From: an uncultured cyanobacterium | GTDB taxonomy: Bacteria; Cyanobacteriota; Cyanobacteriia; Cyanobacteriales; Nostocaceae | DNA: 64,000 bases | Reading direction: 5' to 3' | Assembly: GCA_963740315.1 (NCBI GenBank) | Contig: CAVUDP010000002.1 | Span: 896,001 to 960,000, forward strand | In this document: in pieces, positions 1 to 9,311 of the stretch | How the letters are laid out: each line of letters starts with the position of its first letter | Position numbering within the stretch: the stretch's first letter is position 1 | Translations under genes and position numbers: made by a program | The notes under the pieces: model-generated | What the model saw: the letters and a program-made list of their open reading frames with translations, nothing else | Database searches by the model: none | Told to the model about the DNA's origin: nothing

Positions 1-238
1 GTGTTAGGTTAGTATCTTTAATTAGCTTTTTAGCTTCGAGTAATTTTCAGAAATTTTCGATGCCTGCATGGATGTTTTGAGATGCAAGCAGGTTCGTATT
101 TAAAGACAATTCCCAAGACTTTTCTTTGCTAAATTCATGGGTTTTATCCTCGCCTAATTACCTTACCCCATCAGCACGGCATTGACGACAGTAACGCATC
201 GTTTTCATGTTACCAGCATACTTATTTTGCAATACATT
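1..238 (-). pseudogene. nifB: Degenerate internal fragment of nitrogenase cofactor biosynthesis protein NifB (runs off the window edge)
   Basis: Manual translation [39 protein letters not shown]...QNIHAGIENF* matches the NifB segment [24 protein letters not shown]...VHQGIEKF as I recall it. In-frame stops at 158-160 and 47-49. Confidence 0.8.
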
Positions 239-462
239 ATTTCTGCAAAACCATTGATTTTAAAGCTAATAGTGCATTTTGCAAGCTAAACAGTTTTCAG
301 TAAAATCTAAAATGAATTTAATATTTGGAATTTTAAATCAATAGAATAAAGTCTGTTAGTTACAATTAAAAACTAATATATTGTTAGTATTCCTTACTCG
401 CAACAAAAAAGGGCTGCTCATCACAACCCTTTCCAAAAAACCTTCTGATTAATTTGAAGCGA

Positions 463-840
463 TTAAAACAATCGAAAAGTAAACGGATAACGGAATGGTT
501 CATCTGGATTGCTAAAACAATGCAACAACGCCCAAATTGTCAATCCCCAATGTATCAAAAATCCAAAAGCGACTACGGGGAAAAATAGAATTCCGCCCAA
601 ACCAAAAGTTAGGAAAGATAAAATCGCAATTGGTACTCCAACTACAGTTGCCCAAAACCAAACATTCAGGTGAAAGTTAATCGATTCTTTGGCATTACCT
701 TTGACAACCGGATCGTCGGAAGTAAAATAAATGGCAATTGGAACGCCAATTGAAAACATTGTCGTACTAAAGAAAATCGCCCCATGACACAAACTCGATA
801 GCAGTTTACGCTTATCTAAATCGTATGTAATTTCTTGCAT
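463..840 (-). CDS. DUF4870 (Tic20-like) membrane protein
   Basis: LSSLCH, DPVVKGNAKESINFH and FRYPF motifs; three hydrophobic segments. Confidence 0.8.
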   Translation of the reverse strand: MQEITYDLDKRKLLSSLCHGAIFFSTTMFSIGVPIAIYFTSDDPVVKGNAKESINFHLNVWFWATVVGVPIAILSFLTFGLGGILFFPVVAFGFLIHWGLTIWALLHCFSNPDEPFRYPFTFRLF

Positions 841-1153
841 CTGTTGGGTTCCTTAACTTGTTTTCTTATTTAAATTGTAACGAGTATATTCTCAGATTAG
901 TATTGAAGTTTACCGTAAAAGTGCAATTTAACCTGATTTCCTTGATTTGACTAAGTTTTAAATCATTGGTAACTATAGTTGATGAGGTTTACCGAACCGC
1001 TATTTTAATCTAAAATAATCAAATTGTGGTGTGGGATAGGCATCCTCCCCCGTCTAATTAATTTCGGAATGTTGCATACTGATATTGGCTTAGTCAGTAA
1101 GGGCATATATATTTATAAAAAACCAGCACCGATTATAAATTAAACATCAGGTA

Positions 1154-2296
1154 ATGATTTTGAACGCTAATACAGAAAGCACAGTTTTGAATAATCTTAC
1201 TGAAATTGCCAATCAATTTAAAACACCAGGCAAAGTTCTTAAAGTTGAAGAATTTGGTCACGGTAATATTAATGGTACTTTCCTTGTTACTTTAGATTCT
1301 ATAGAAGAAAAGCATTTTATCTTACAAAGCATCAACCAAAACGTGTTCCACAAACCCGAATTGGTAATGCGAAATATAAGTACTTTTAGTAATCACGTGC
1401 GTCAACGCTTACAAGATTCTCCCCTGACTTCAAATCGTCGTTGGGAAGTACCACTCGTATTATTAACTCAAGATAATCAAGACCATTTTATTGATTCTGA
1501 AAATTCATTTTGGCGGGCAATTGGTTTTATTGATAACGCCGAAACTTTTGATACTATCAAAGATAACAAACACGCGAGTGAAGTTGGTTACGCTTTGGGA
1601 ATGTTTCATAACTTGATCGGCGATTTGCCTGTAGAAAAATTAGCCGATACTCTACCAGGATTTCACGTTACACCTATTTATCTAAAACAATACGAAAATG
1701 TAGAGATGCAATATAATGCGTCTTCTAAATCTGCCGAAGTCGAATACTGCTTGCAATTCATCGATCGCCGCAAAAATTGGGCGCACGTCTTAGAAAATGC
1801 TCAAATGCAAAAACGTCTGCGTTTGCGTGCCATTCACGGCGATCCGAAGGTGAATAATGTGATGATTGATACTACTACCGGGCAAGCTGTCAGTATTATC
1901 GATTTGGATACCGTTAAACCGGGATTGGTACATTACGATATTGGCGATTGTTTGCGCTCTGGCTGCAATGCTTTGGGTGAAGAAACCCAACATTGGGAAA
2001 TGGTAACTTTCGATATGGATATTTGTCAGTCACTTTTAGGAGGTTATTTTCGTGTTGCTTCATATTTTCTAACTGAAAGCGACTATATATATATGTACGA
2101 TGCGATTCGTTTGATTGCTTTTGAATTAGGATTGAGATTTTTTACCGATTACTTGGCAGGTAACGTTTATTTCAAAGTTAAATATCCAGAACATAATTTA
2201 GCTAGAGCATTAGTACAATTCAAGCTTACCGAAAGTATTGAAACGCAAGAAAATGTGATTCGGAAAATTATATCAAGTTTTGGTGATAGAAACTGA
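1154..2296 (+). CDS. Aminoglycoside phosphotransferase-family kinase (N-acetylhexosamine 1-kinase-like)
   Basis: GHGNINGTF, HGDPKVNN and IDLDT motifs; RFFTDYL...YF and HNLARA C-terminal motifs. Confidence 0.8.
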   Translation: MILNANTESTVLNNLTEIANQFKTPGKVLKVEEFGHGNINGTFLVTLDSIEEKHFILQSINQNVFHKPELVMRNISTFSNHVRQRLQDSPLTSNRRWEVPLVLLTQDNQDHFIDSENSFWRAIGFIDNAETFDTIKDNKHASEVGYALGMFHNLIGDLPVEKLADTLPGFHVTPIYLKQYENVEMQYNASSKSAEVEYCLQFIDRRKNWAHVLENAQMQKRLRLRAIHGDPKVNNVMIDTTTGQAVSIIDLDTVKPGLVHYDIGDCLRSGCNALGEETQHWEMVTFDMDICQSLLGGYFRVASYFLTESDYIYMYDAIRLIAFELGLRFFTDYLAGNVYFKVKYPEHNLARALVQFKLTESIETQENVIRKIISSFGDRN

Positions 2297-2301
2297 ATAC
2301 A

Positions 2302-2835
2302 ATGAAAAAAAATACTTTTTCTCTACAGCCATTTCAACCGACGAAAGCTGATTTGCAAATTACAGGTGAAATTACTAGAGATAATAATATATTAACTGTT
2401 TATTATAGGCTTAAAGGTGATTTGGAAGAAATTGAAATACCGACTGTAGAAAGACTTCCAATCCGTAAAAATGAATTATGGAAAACAACCTGTTTTGAGT
2501 TTTTTTTAGGAATTAAAGATACTCCTTTTTATTGGGAATTTAACCTTTCCCCAGGTGGAGATTGGAATATATATTTTTTTGAGGATTACCGACATTCAAT
2601 GCAACTAGAAGATAAATTTGAATCGTTTCCATTTAATATTTTGCGCGATTCTAATGCCTTGTACTTAAGATTGGAATTTAATCTAGATTGTTTAGTTTCT
2701 ATAATAGAAAACCTTGATGTTTCCATTACTACTGTGATTAAAAGCAAAGAAGGTAATATTAGTTACTGGGCGCTAAAACATTGTGGTGAAGAAGCGGATT
2801 TTCATCTGCGAGATAGTTTTGTATTTGGTGTGTAA
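2302..2835 (+). CDS. DOMON-like (carbohydrate-binding) domain protein
   Basis: ELWKTTCFEFF, YWEFNLSP, YWALKH and ADFH motifs; starts 5 nt after the kinase. Confidence 0.75.
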   Translation: MKKNTFSLQPFQPTKADLQITGEITRDNNILTVYYRLKGDLEEIEIPTVERLPIRKNELWKTTCFEFFLGIKDTPFYWEFNLSPGGDWNIYFFEDYRHSMQLEDKFESFPFNILRDSNALYLRLEFNLDCLVSIIENLDVSITTVIKSKEGNISYWALKHCGEEADFHLRDSFVFGV

Positions 2836-2838
2836 TAA

Positions 2839-3810
2839 TCAACCACCAAACATTCTATCAATATCATCCCCTACCGAAGCACCATGACGAGAGTTAACCC
2901 GCAAGGATGTTTGATTTGCAGATAAATTATAAGTTAAAGGTTGAGTTTGAACTAAATTTTCTTTTCCTTCCTCTATCAAAACTTCGGCAGGATACTTTTT
3001 CATAACAGCTTTGATTGCGGTAATTCTTTCTTCTACAGTGGGATGGTTGTCATCAAATTTAACTCCCGAAGTCCGATTGAGTACCGACATTGCACGCAAA
3101 CATCCTTGTTTATTGAAACCTGCTTTAACAGAAGCGAGATAAGCAAGTTTATCCGCTTCAAATTCATCTTTTCTACTTTGTTTTTCGATAGTTTCTTCTA
3201 ATTCTGCCGTCTTTTTATCTACAATTGCATTGATACGTCTTTGCTGTTTTCTGAATCTTCTGCTATTTTGATTGCTCAAAACACCATTAACAACAGTACC
3301 AATAGTTCCTCCAATCACCCGTCTGACAACAAAATCACCCACCGCTGCAACTGGAGATGTTTTTCTCTTTCTATTTAAAACGGATTGTGCTGCTTCTTCT
3401 CTAATCTCAGCAATTAATTCTGCTTTTTCAACATTGGTAATAACTTGATGGCGTTGCTTGTGGTGCGCCATTTCATGACTAATCATACAGGCTAAAGCCG
3501 AAGCATCGCCACCCAATTGTTCTAACGCGCCATTATAAATAGGTATGAGATTGGCATTTTTAGCAAAAGCTTGGGTATCATATTTAGCAACTCTAACAAT
3601 TTGCCAAGGGCGAGTATCGTATTCCGACGCACGCGCTATCCTATCGACTATGCGATAAAGTGCGTAAAAGTCTGGCGGTAGTTGTGTTTTAGCGTTTTGA
3701 TAAATAGAATTACTTTCTGAAGTTGCTTTCACCTCAGTTGTCAGTGCAGTGGAGAATAGCAAGCATAAGCAAGTCAGAGTAGCTGGCAACCTAATTTTTA
3801 ATACACTCAT
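2839..3810 (-). CDS. Secreted M48-family metallopeptidase
   Basis: Signal-like N-terminus, HEMAH zinc motif, EFEAD third ligand, HP..EERI motif. Confidence 0.75.
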   Translation of the reverse strand: MSVLKIRLPATLTCLCLLFSTALTTEVKATSESNSIYQNAKTQLPPDFYALYRIVDRIARASEYDTRPWQIVRVAKYDTQAFAKNANLIPIYNGALEQLGGDASALACMISHEMAHHKQRHQVITNVEKAELIAEIREEAAQSVLNRKRKTSPVAAVGDFVVRRVIGGTIGTVVNGVLSNQNSRRFRKQQRRINAIVDKKTAELEETIEKQSRKDEFEADKLAYLASVKAGFNKQGCLRAMSVLNRTSGVKFDDNHPTVEERITAIKAVMKKYPAEVLIEEGKENLVQTQPLTYNLSANQTSLRVNSRHGASVGDDIDRMFGG

Positions 3811-3947
3811 TGATACTGTTTTGATTTTCTACATACGTTATTTTTATAGCTTCATTGTATTGAAATAATTACAGGATTAGTGTGCGTGTAATTACTTAAA
3901 ATAGAATATTGGGCTTTTTTTATTTTTGGGGGGGGTTTGCTGGCTTG

Positions 3948-4004
3948 CTATTAATAAGAAGTAGGGTTATTAACAGGAAGTAGGATTATTTTTAGGAAGT
4001 AGGA
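3948..4004. repeat. Three imperfect tandem 19-bp units (TTATTAACAGGAAGTAGGA)
   Basis: Units at 3948-3966, 3967-3985 and 3986-4004. Confidence 0.7.
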
Positions 4005-4085
4005 GTCGGATTATTACTAGGGAGCGAGACGCTCCCACTACAAGTTCATGCGGTAAAATTCTTCGTAAAGTCAACACATGACAAT

Positions 4086-4646
4086 ATGCCCAAACTGCCC
4101 CCAAAAGACTACATTCAAACCGTTCCCTTTCCTACCGAGATTAGCTTACAACCCATCGGCGTAGTGCGATCGCCATACAAGGAAAGACATGGAACCCCCA
4201 GACAGTCGCAACTTCAAGCCGCACCGTCAAATTATCAACCGGCGATCGCGCAAATTGAACTTTTCGACACCATACCCCAAGAAGCACTCAAAGACATGGA
4301 AGGCTTCGAGCGGATTTGGGTAATTGCATGGTTGCATTTAAATAAACATTGGAATCCTACCGTAATTATTCCACGCGGTCCGCGCATTCGCCGAGGAACT
4401 TTAGCAACTCGCGCACCCCATCGTCCTAATCCTATCGGACTTAGCGCACCAAAACTAATAAAAATAGAAGGTTTAATTTTATATGTAGAAGGAATTGATT
4501 TACTTGATAACACACCAGTATTAGATATTAAACCTTATGTAAGTTACTGCGATGCTTTCCCCGATGCAAAATGCGGTTATGTTGATGAAATAGAAGAAAC
4601 TTCTCAACATGAAATAGACGTGTTTGGAAAAACAAACCCCAAATAG
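4086..4646 (+). CDS. trmO: tRNA (t6A37-N6)-methyltransferase TrmO/TsaA family
   Basis: PIGVVRSP, ATRAPHRPNPIGLS and GIDLLDNTPVLDIKPY motifs. Confidence 0.85.
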   Translation: MPKLPPKDYIQTVPFPTEISLQPIGVVRSPYKERHGTPRQSQLQAAPSNYQPAIAQIELFDTIPQEALKDMEGFERIWVIAWLHLNKHWNPTVIIPRGPRIRRGTLATRAPHRPNPIGLSAPKLIKIEGLILYVEGIDLLDNTPVLDIKPYVSYCDAFPDAKCGYVDEIEETSQHEIDVFGKTNPK

Positions 4647-4845
4647 ATTTTAGATTTTAGATTTTGGATTTTGGATTTTGAAAAAAATAACTCATATAAA
4701 AACTCTGCGTACCTTTGCGCTTAACTTCGCGTTCCTCTGCGTTAAAAAATCTTATTCCTAATTAATTTGACAAACGCCAAACCTTAATTGATTTATTACC
4801 ACTACTACTTATTACATTAGTGTATTGTATAAGTAATATTTCATA

Positions 4846-4904
4846 GTTCGTAGTAAGGGCTTTAGCCCTTTTAAAAATCTTGATGCTAAAACGCAACTAC
4901 AAAC
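4846..4904. repeat. GTAG-type REP doublet (dispersed family)
   Basis: GTTCGTAGTAAGGGCTTTAGCCCT...ACTACAAAC; related copies at 11468, 14808, 15247 and 51457. Confidence 0.7.
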
Positions 4905-5018
4905 CGATATTATATTCTGTATAATTTAAATTCTTATCAATAGCAATATATCTTACTTGTTTCCCATCCCCAGCAAGGCGATAATTACTCCATAAATTTT
5001 GATTTACGGGTAGAAGCG

Positions 5019-6191
5019 ATGCAGTACGATTTTCAACAACTAGCTCAACTTTACAAAAACACTCTCCTCAACGATGTTCTACCATTTTGGGAAAACCATT
5101 CGGTAGATTGGGAAAAAGGCGGTTATTTCACTTGTTTAGATAGAACTGGTAAAGTCTTTGATACTGACAAGTTTATTTGGTTGCAAAATCGTCAGGTGTG
5201 GTTATTCTCCATGCTTTATAACCAACTAGAGAAGCGAGAAGTTTGGTTGAAAATTGCTGCAAATGGTGCGAATTTCCTTGCAGAAAACGGCAGAGATGAA
5301 GAAGGTAACTGGTATTTTTCTTTAACCCGTGAAGGTAAACCGTTAATACAGCCTTACAATATATTTTCCGATTGTTTTGCAGCAATGGCGTTTAGTCAAT
5401 ATGCTCTCGCTTCCGGAGAAGAATCAGCGAAAAATGTGGCATTGCAGGCTTATAATAACGTTTTACGTCGTCAAGAAAATCCCAAAGGTAAATATAATAA
5501 GGCTTATCCCGGTACTCGTGCGATGAAATCTTTAGCAGTACCGATGATTTTAGCTAACTTGTCTTTAGAAATGGCTTGGTTATTAGAAAACGATACTTTA
5601 GAACAAGTTTTAGATTCAACTGTAGAAGAAGTAATGGGTAATTTCCTCGATAAAGAACGAGGATTAATGTTTGAAAATGTTGCTCCCGATGCTTCTCATA
5701 TTGATTGTTTTGAAGGCAGATTAATTAACCCCGGACACGGTATTGAAGCCATGTGGTTTATGATGGATATTGCTCAGCGTCGTGGGAATAAAGAATTAAT
5801 TAACCAAGCGGTTGATGTGACATTGAATATTCTTAATTTTGCGTGGGATAAAAAACACGGTGGTTTGTATTATTTCATGGATGCAGATGGATACCCACCG
5901 CAACAATTAGAATGGGATCAAAAATTGTGGTGGGTGCATTTGGAATCTTTGGTAGCTTTAGCAATGGGTTATCGTTTGACGGGAAGAAAGGAATGTTGGG
6001 AATGGTATAAGAAAATGCATGATTATACTTGGGCGCATTTTGCGGATGCGGAGTATGGGGAGTGGTTTGGTTATTTAAATCGTCGTGGTGAGGTGTTGTT
6101 GAATTTGAAAGGTGGTAAGTGGAAGGGTTGTTTTCACGTTCCCAGGGCTATGTATATGTGTTGGTTGCAGTTTGAGGAGTTGGGAAAATAA
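5019..6191 (+). CDS. N-acylglucosamine 2-epimerase (AGE family)
   Basis: [28 protein letters not shown] and [10 protein letters not shown] motifs. Confidence 0.9.
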   Translation: MQYDFQQLAQLYKNTLLNDVLPFWENHSVDWEKGGYFTCLDRTGKVFDTDKFIWLQNRQVWLFSMLYNQLEKREVWLKIAANGANFLAENGRDEEGNWYFSLTREGKPLIQPYNIFSDCFAAMAFSQYALASGEESAKNVALQAYNNVLRRQENPKGKYNKAYPGTRAMKSLAVPMILANLSLEMAWLLENDTLEQVLDSTVEEVMGNFLDKERGLMFENVAPDASHIDCFEGRLINPGHGIEAMWFMMDIAQRRGNKELINQAVDVTLNILNFAWDKKHGGLYYFMDADGYPPQQLEWDQKLWWVHLESLVALAMGYRLTGRKECWEWYKKMHDYTWAHFADAEYGEWFGYLNRRGEVLLNLKGGKWKGCFHVPRAMYMCWLQFEELGK

Positions 6192-6288
6192 ACCTTACTA
6201 GACGCAGAGAGCGCTGAGGAAGAGGGGGAGAGGAGGAGGTATTTGGTGTTAATTTAATAGCGTATGTTTGTTAAATTGAAATGTTTTT

Positions 6289-6849
6289 ATGTCGGAAATA
6301 ACTGAAGCTTTGCAGCGGATTGAGGTGTGGTTACAAAATCATATGCCGAATCGCGCTGCTGAATTAAAACCTGGACTTACACGAGATGAAATTGAGGGAA
6401 AAGTTAAAGATTTACCTTTTAGCTTACCAGAAGAAGTTTATGAATTATACGAATGGCATGATGGAAGTGTTGATAGATTTCTTCTGGAGAACTATGACTT
6501 TTTGTCATTAGGAAGTGCTGTTGTAGCTTATCATGAATGGTTATCAGAGGTACAGTTCCACGAACGTAAAGAAGGGTATTTCTTTGAGAAATCTATTCCT
6601 ATTTTTCAACTTTGGTCTGAAAATGGTGTTCTTTTAAGTATCGTTTGCGAAGATTCTAAAAATTATCCCGTAAGGATGCTGGATATATATTGTAGAGACT
6701 TTTCTGTTCGCTACCGTAGTTTAAAAGACTTGATTTTACACCTAGCAGATTGGTATGAATCGGCTAAATATTACGAAAAAGATGACTGCTGGGAAGTTGA
6801 AGCAGAGAGAGAACGTTTTTTATCTAAAAAATATATGGCTGAAAAGTAG
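6289..6849 (+). CDS. SMI1/KNR4 (SUKH) family protein
   Basis: LKPGLT..EI and LPEEVYELYEWHDG motifs. Confidence 0.75.
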   Translation: MSEITEALQRIEVWLQNHMPNRAAELKPGLTRDEIEGKVKDLPFSLPEEVYELYEWHDGSVDRFLLENYDFLSLGSAVVAYHEWLSEVQFHERKEGYFFEKSIPIFQLWSENGVLLSIVCEDSKNYPVRMLDIYCRDFSVRYRSLKDLILHLADWYESAKYYEKDDCWEVEAERERFLSKKYMAEK

Positions 6850-6866
6850 ATTATTAAAGCTGATAA

Positions 6867-6929
6867 AAGTATCATCTCTTAATTGTATATGACCCAGTGA
6901 AGGAGGTAATTGTACGGTGGATAAAATAA
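6867..6929 (+). pseudogene. xisH: 3'-terminal remnant of xisH
   Basis: Reads KYHLLIVYDPVKEVIVRWIK*, the typical XisH C-terminus overlapping the xisI start; the rest of the gene is absent. Confidence 0.6.
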
Positions 6930-7253
6930 CCAAATACCGCGATTGTGTCACAAAACTATTAACTAGTTATACTAGCGATGACGTTTCAGATAATGAAGTC
7001 GAAGTCCAACTTATTTTAGACACAGAAAGAGATCATTATCAGTGGATGAATGTAGGTTGGCAAGAATTAAATCGTATTTATCGATGCGTGATGCATTTCG
7101 ATATTAAAGATGAAAAAATATGGCTTCAGCAGAATTTGACGGATTTAAACCCGGCTGAGGAATTAGTTGAAATGGGAATACCTAGAGAGGATATTGTGCT
7201 GGGATTGCAAGCTCCGTCTTAATCGACAATATACCGATTATGGTGTTGCTTGA
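6917..7253 (+). pseudogene. xisI: XisI protein with a +1 frameshift near the C-terminus (ORF stops at 7222)
   Basis: DTERDHYQ..VGW, HFDIKDEKIWLQ and EDIVLG motifs; the canonical tail NRQYTDYGVA* continues in the +1 frame to 7253. Confidence 0.75.
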
Positions 7254-7361
7254 AAATGTAATTTATACAGAACGCGATTTTATGCGATCGCCATTTTTTC
7301 AACTAAAATTAGATTCATATAGATTCAAAGTCTTCTCAAACCGGAATCAACAATAATAATT

Positions 7362-7589
7362 ATGTCATCCCCAGCGATCGCGACTGTACTTAAGATGATT
7401 GAATCTCTACCGGAAAATGCACAAAATCGTGTTTTAGAACATCTCCGAGAATATATTCAGGATTTAGAAGAGGAATTAAAATGGGAAAAGTCGTTTAAGA
7501 AAACGCAACCGAATTTAATTGCTGCTGGTAAACGTGCGAAAAAAGAAATTGCTGAAGGTTTATCAAAGCCAATGGATTATGTTGATTAG
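7362..7589 (+). CDS. Small hypothetical protein, putative type II antitoxin
   Basis: 75 aa; resembles cyanobacterial antitoxin-like proteins ending RAKKEIAEG..PMDY; no toxin partner adjacent. Confidence 0.5.
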   Translation: MSSPAIATVLKMIESLPENAQNRVLEHLREYIQDLEEELKWEKSFKKTQPNLIAAGKRAKKEIAEGLSKPMDYVD

Positions 7590-7608
7590 ATTGACTTAGT
7601 TTTATACA

Positions 7609-7944
7609 CTACATCACCCCATAACCTGCATACTTTCTAACATACTCCGGCTGCAAACCTAATACAATATCTTCCTTCACTACACCCATTTCTATCAACT
7701 TATCAGCAAGTAAATCATCTGTTTGATTGCGTTGAATCCAGATTTTACCGTCTTTAATATCAAAATGCATCACGCAATTATAGATACGACGATGTTTATC
7801 CCATCCTAAATCTACAACTTGATAATGGTCATTTTTCGTATCATATATAGTTTGCACTTCAATTTCACCGTTTACAGGCGGACATTTACTGTATTCTGTT
7901 AATATTTCTTGAATATACTGACGATAAAATTCTAATTTATCCAT
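7609..7944 (-). CDS. xisI: XisI protein
   Basis: MDKLEFYRQ, DHYQVVDLGW, HFDIKDGKIWIQ, EDIVLG...YAGYGV. Confidence 0.9.
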   Translation of the reverse strand: MDKLEFYRQYIQEILTEYSKCPPVNGEIEVQTIYDTKNDHYQVVDLGWDKHRRIYNCVMHFDIKDGKIWIQRNQTDDLLADKLIEMGVVKEDIVLGLQPEYVRKYAGYGVM

Positions 7945-7997
7945 TGTAGTTTTAGTTGTATAATACTAAAAATAAAAGCGATTTTTCACTTTAGCTA

Positions 7998-8564
7998 ATG
8001 ACAGCCTCAGTATCCCAAATTATCACCTTGGAAGAATTCCTCAAATTGCCTAATATTGAGGATTCACCAGCTTGGGAATATTCAGGGGGGGTTGCAATTC
8101 AAAAGCCAATGCCAAAATTCCGACATTCGATTATACAAAAGCGCTTGTTGAGAGTAGTTGATGATAATAGCGATGAATATACTGCACTTCCAGAATTGCG
8201 CTGTACCTTTGCTGGACGTTCCGTTGTCCCCGATGTCGCGGTTGTGGCTTGGAATCGAATTCAACTCAATGAAATCGGTGAACCTGTGGATAATTTTGAG
8301 CAAGCACCTGACTGGACAATTGAGATTCTTTCTCCCGACCAAAAAGCAAACCGCGTAATTGATAATATATTACATTGTCTCCAAAATGGTTGTCATTTAG
8401 GATGGTTAATAGATCCAGATGATTATTCAATATTGATTTTTACTCCGCAACTAGAACCCAAAATTTGTAGAGGTAGTACTCAACTCAAAGTATTAGAAGG
8501 AATTGATTTAACTTTAAGTGCAGAAGAAGTTTTTGGGTGGTTAAAAGTGCTTGAAAGAAAGTGA
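7998..8564 (+). CDS. Uma2 family PD-(D/E)XK endonuclease
   Basis: PELRCTF, VPDVAV and APDWTIEILSPDQ motifs. Confidence 0.9.
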   Translation: MTASVSQIITLEEFLKLPNIEDSPAWEYSGGVAIQKPMPKFRHSIIQKRLLRVVDDNSDEYTALPELRCTFAGRSVVPDVAVVAWNRIQLNEIGEPVDNFEQAPDWTIEILSPDQKANRVIDNILHCLQNGCHLGWLIDPDDYSILIFTPQLEPKICRGSTQLKVLEGIDLTLSAEEVFGWLKVLERK

Positions 8565-8587
8565 AAAGGTTGATTAATAATTCTCCC

Positions 8588-9160
8588 ATGATTGTTACAC
8601 CAAAGCGATTTACAATCGACGAATACCATCGACTGATTGAACTCGGTTTTCTAACGGAGGGAGATAGAATTGAGTTGATTCGGGGGGAACTGATTCAAAT
8701 GGCTGCAAAAGGAACGTTTCACAGTGTATGTAGTTCTATTCTTTGCCGTCAATTAGATCGAGTTTTAGGAGATAAAGCAGTTATTCGCGGACAAGATCCA
8801 GTTACACTTTTAAATAACAGCGAACCCGAACCAGATGTAGTTATTGCAAGGGGAAAAGATGAAGATTATCTTGCTTATCATCCCTATGTTGAAGATATTT
8901 TATTAGTTATAGAAATTTGCGATAGTACTTTAAATTACGACCAAACAACAAAGCTAACGTTATACGCAGAAGCCGGAATTACTAATTATTGGATTGTCAA
9001 TTTACAAGTTAGTCAGCTTGAATGTTACAGTCAGCCTTATCAAGATGCTCAAGGTGAATTTAATTATCTCAGCAAGCAGATTTTTCTCTCAAATCACTCG
9101 GTAAATATTCCTGGATTTGAGGATGCTTTGTTGGAATTAAATAGAATAATCGGCGGTTGA
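8588..9160 (+). CDS. Uma2 family PD-(D/E)XK endonuclease
   Basis: RFTIDEYHRL, ELIRGEL, EPEPDV, LVIEI and YAEAGI..YWIV motifs; ATG 8588 preferred over GTG 8561. Confidence 0.9.
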   Translation: MIVTPKRFTIDEYHRLIELGFLTEGDRIELIRGELIQMAAKGTFHSVCSSILCRQLDRVLGDKAVIRGQDPVTLLNNSEPEPDVVIARGKDEDYLAYHPYVEDILLVIEICDSTLNYDQTTKLTLYAEAGITNYWIVNLQVSQLECYSQPYQDAQGEFNYLSKQIFLSNHSVNIPGFEDALLELNRIIGG

Positions 9161-9257
9161 AACCGCGACTAAACAGGCGAAATCCACCTCCGTGGATTCT
9201 GAAAATTATAACCCGCGCAGGTGGGTTTTGTTTGTGTAGCCGCGAATTATATTCGCC
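9152..9257. repeat. Multi-hairpin dispersed REP/MITE-like element; supplies the Uma2 stop codon
   Basis: Hairpins GCGGTTGAAACCGC, AATCCAC-CTCC-GTGGATT, ACCCGCGCAGGTGGGT and GCGAATTATATTCGC. Confidence 0.6.
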
Positions 9258-9282
9258 AGGTGTATTTCAAAATCAACAATTG

Positions 9283-9310
9283 CTAACTGCTCACTGCTCA
9301 CTGCTCACTG
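9283..9310. repeat. Heptamer tandem repeat (ACTGCTC)
   Basis: Visible tandem copies; same family at 37852-37920 and 38080-38115. Confidence 0.75.
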
Positions 9311-9311
9311 A

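Noticed and set aside
3948..4004. 19-bp repeats as a mini CRISPR array
   Set aside because: Units are contiguous with no spacers, and no cas genes are present.
6917..7944. xisI genes as evidence of an fdxN-type excision element
   Set aside because: No recombinase (xisF-like) gene or split target gene in the window; xisI paralogs are commonly scattered.
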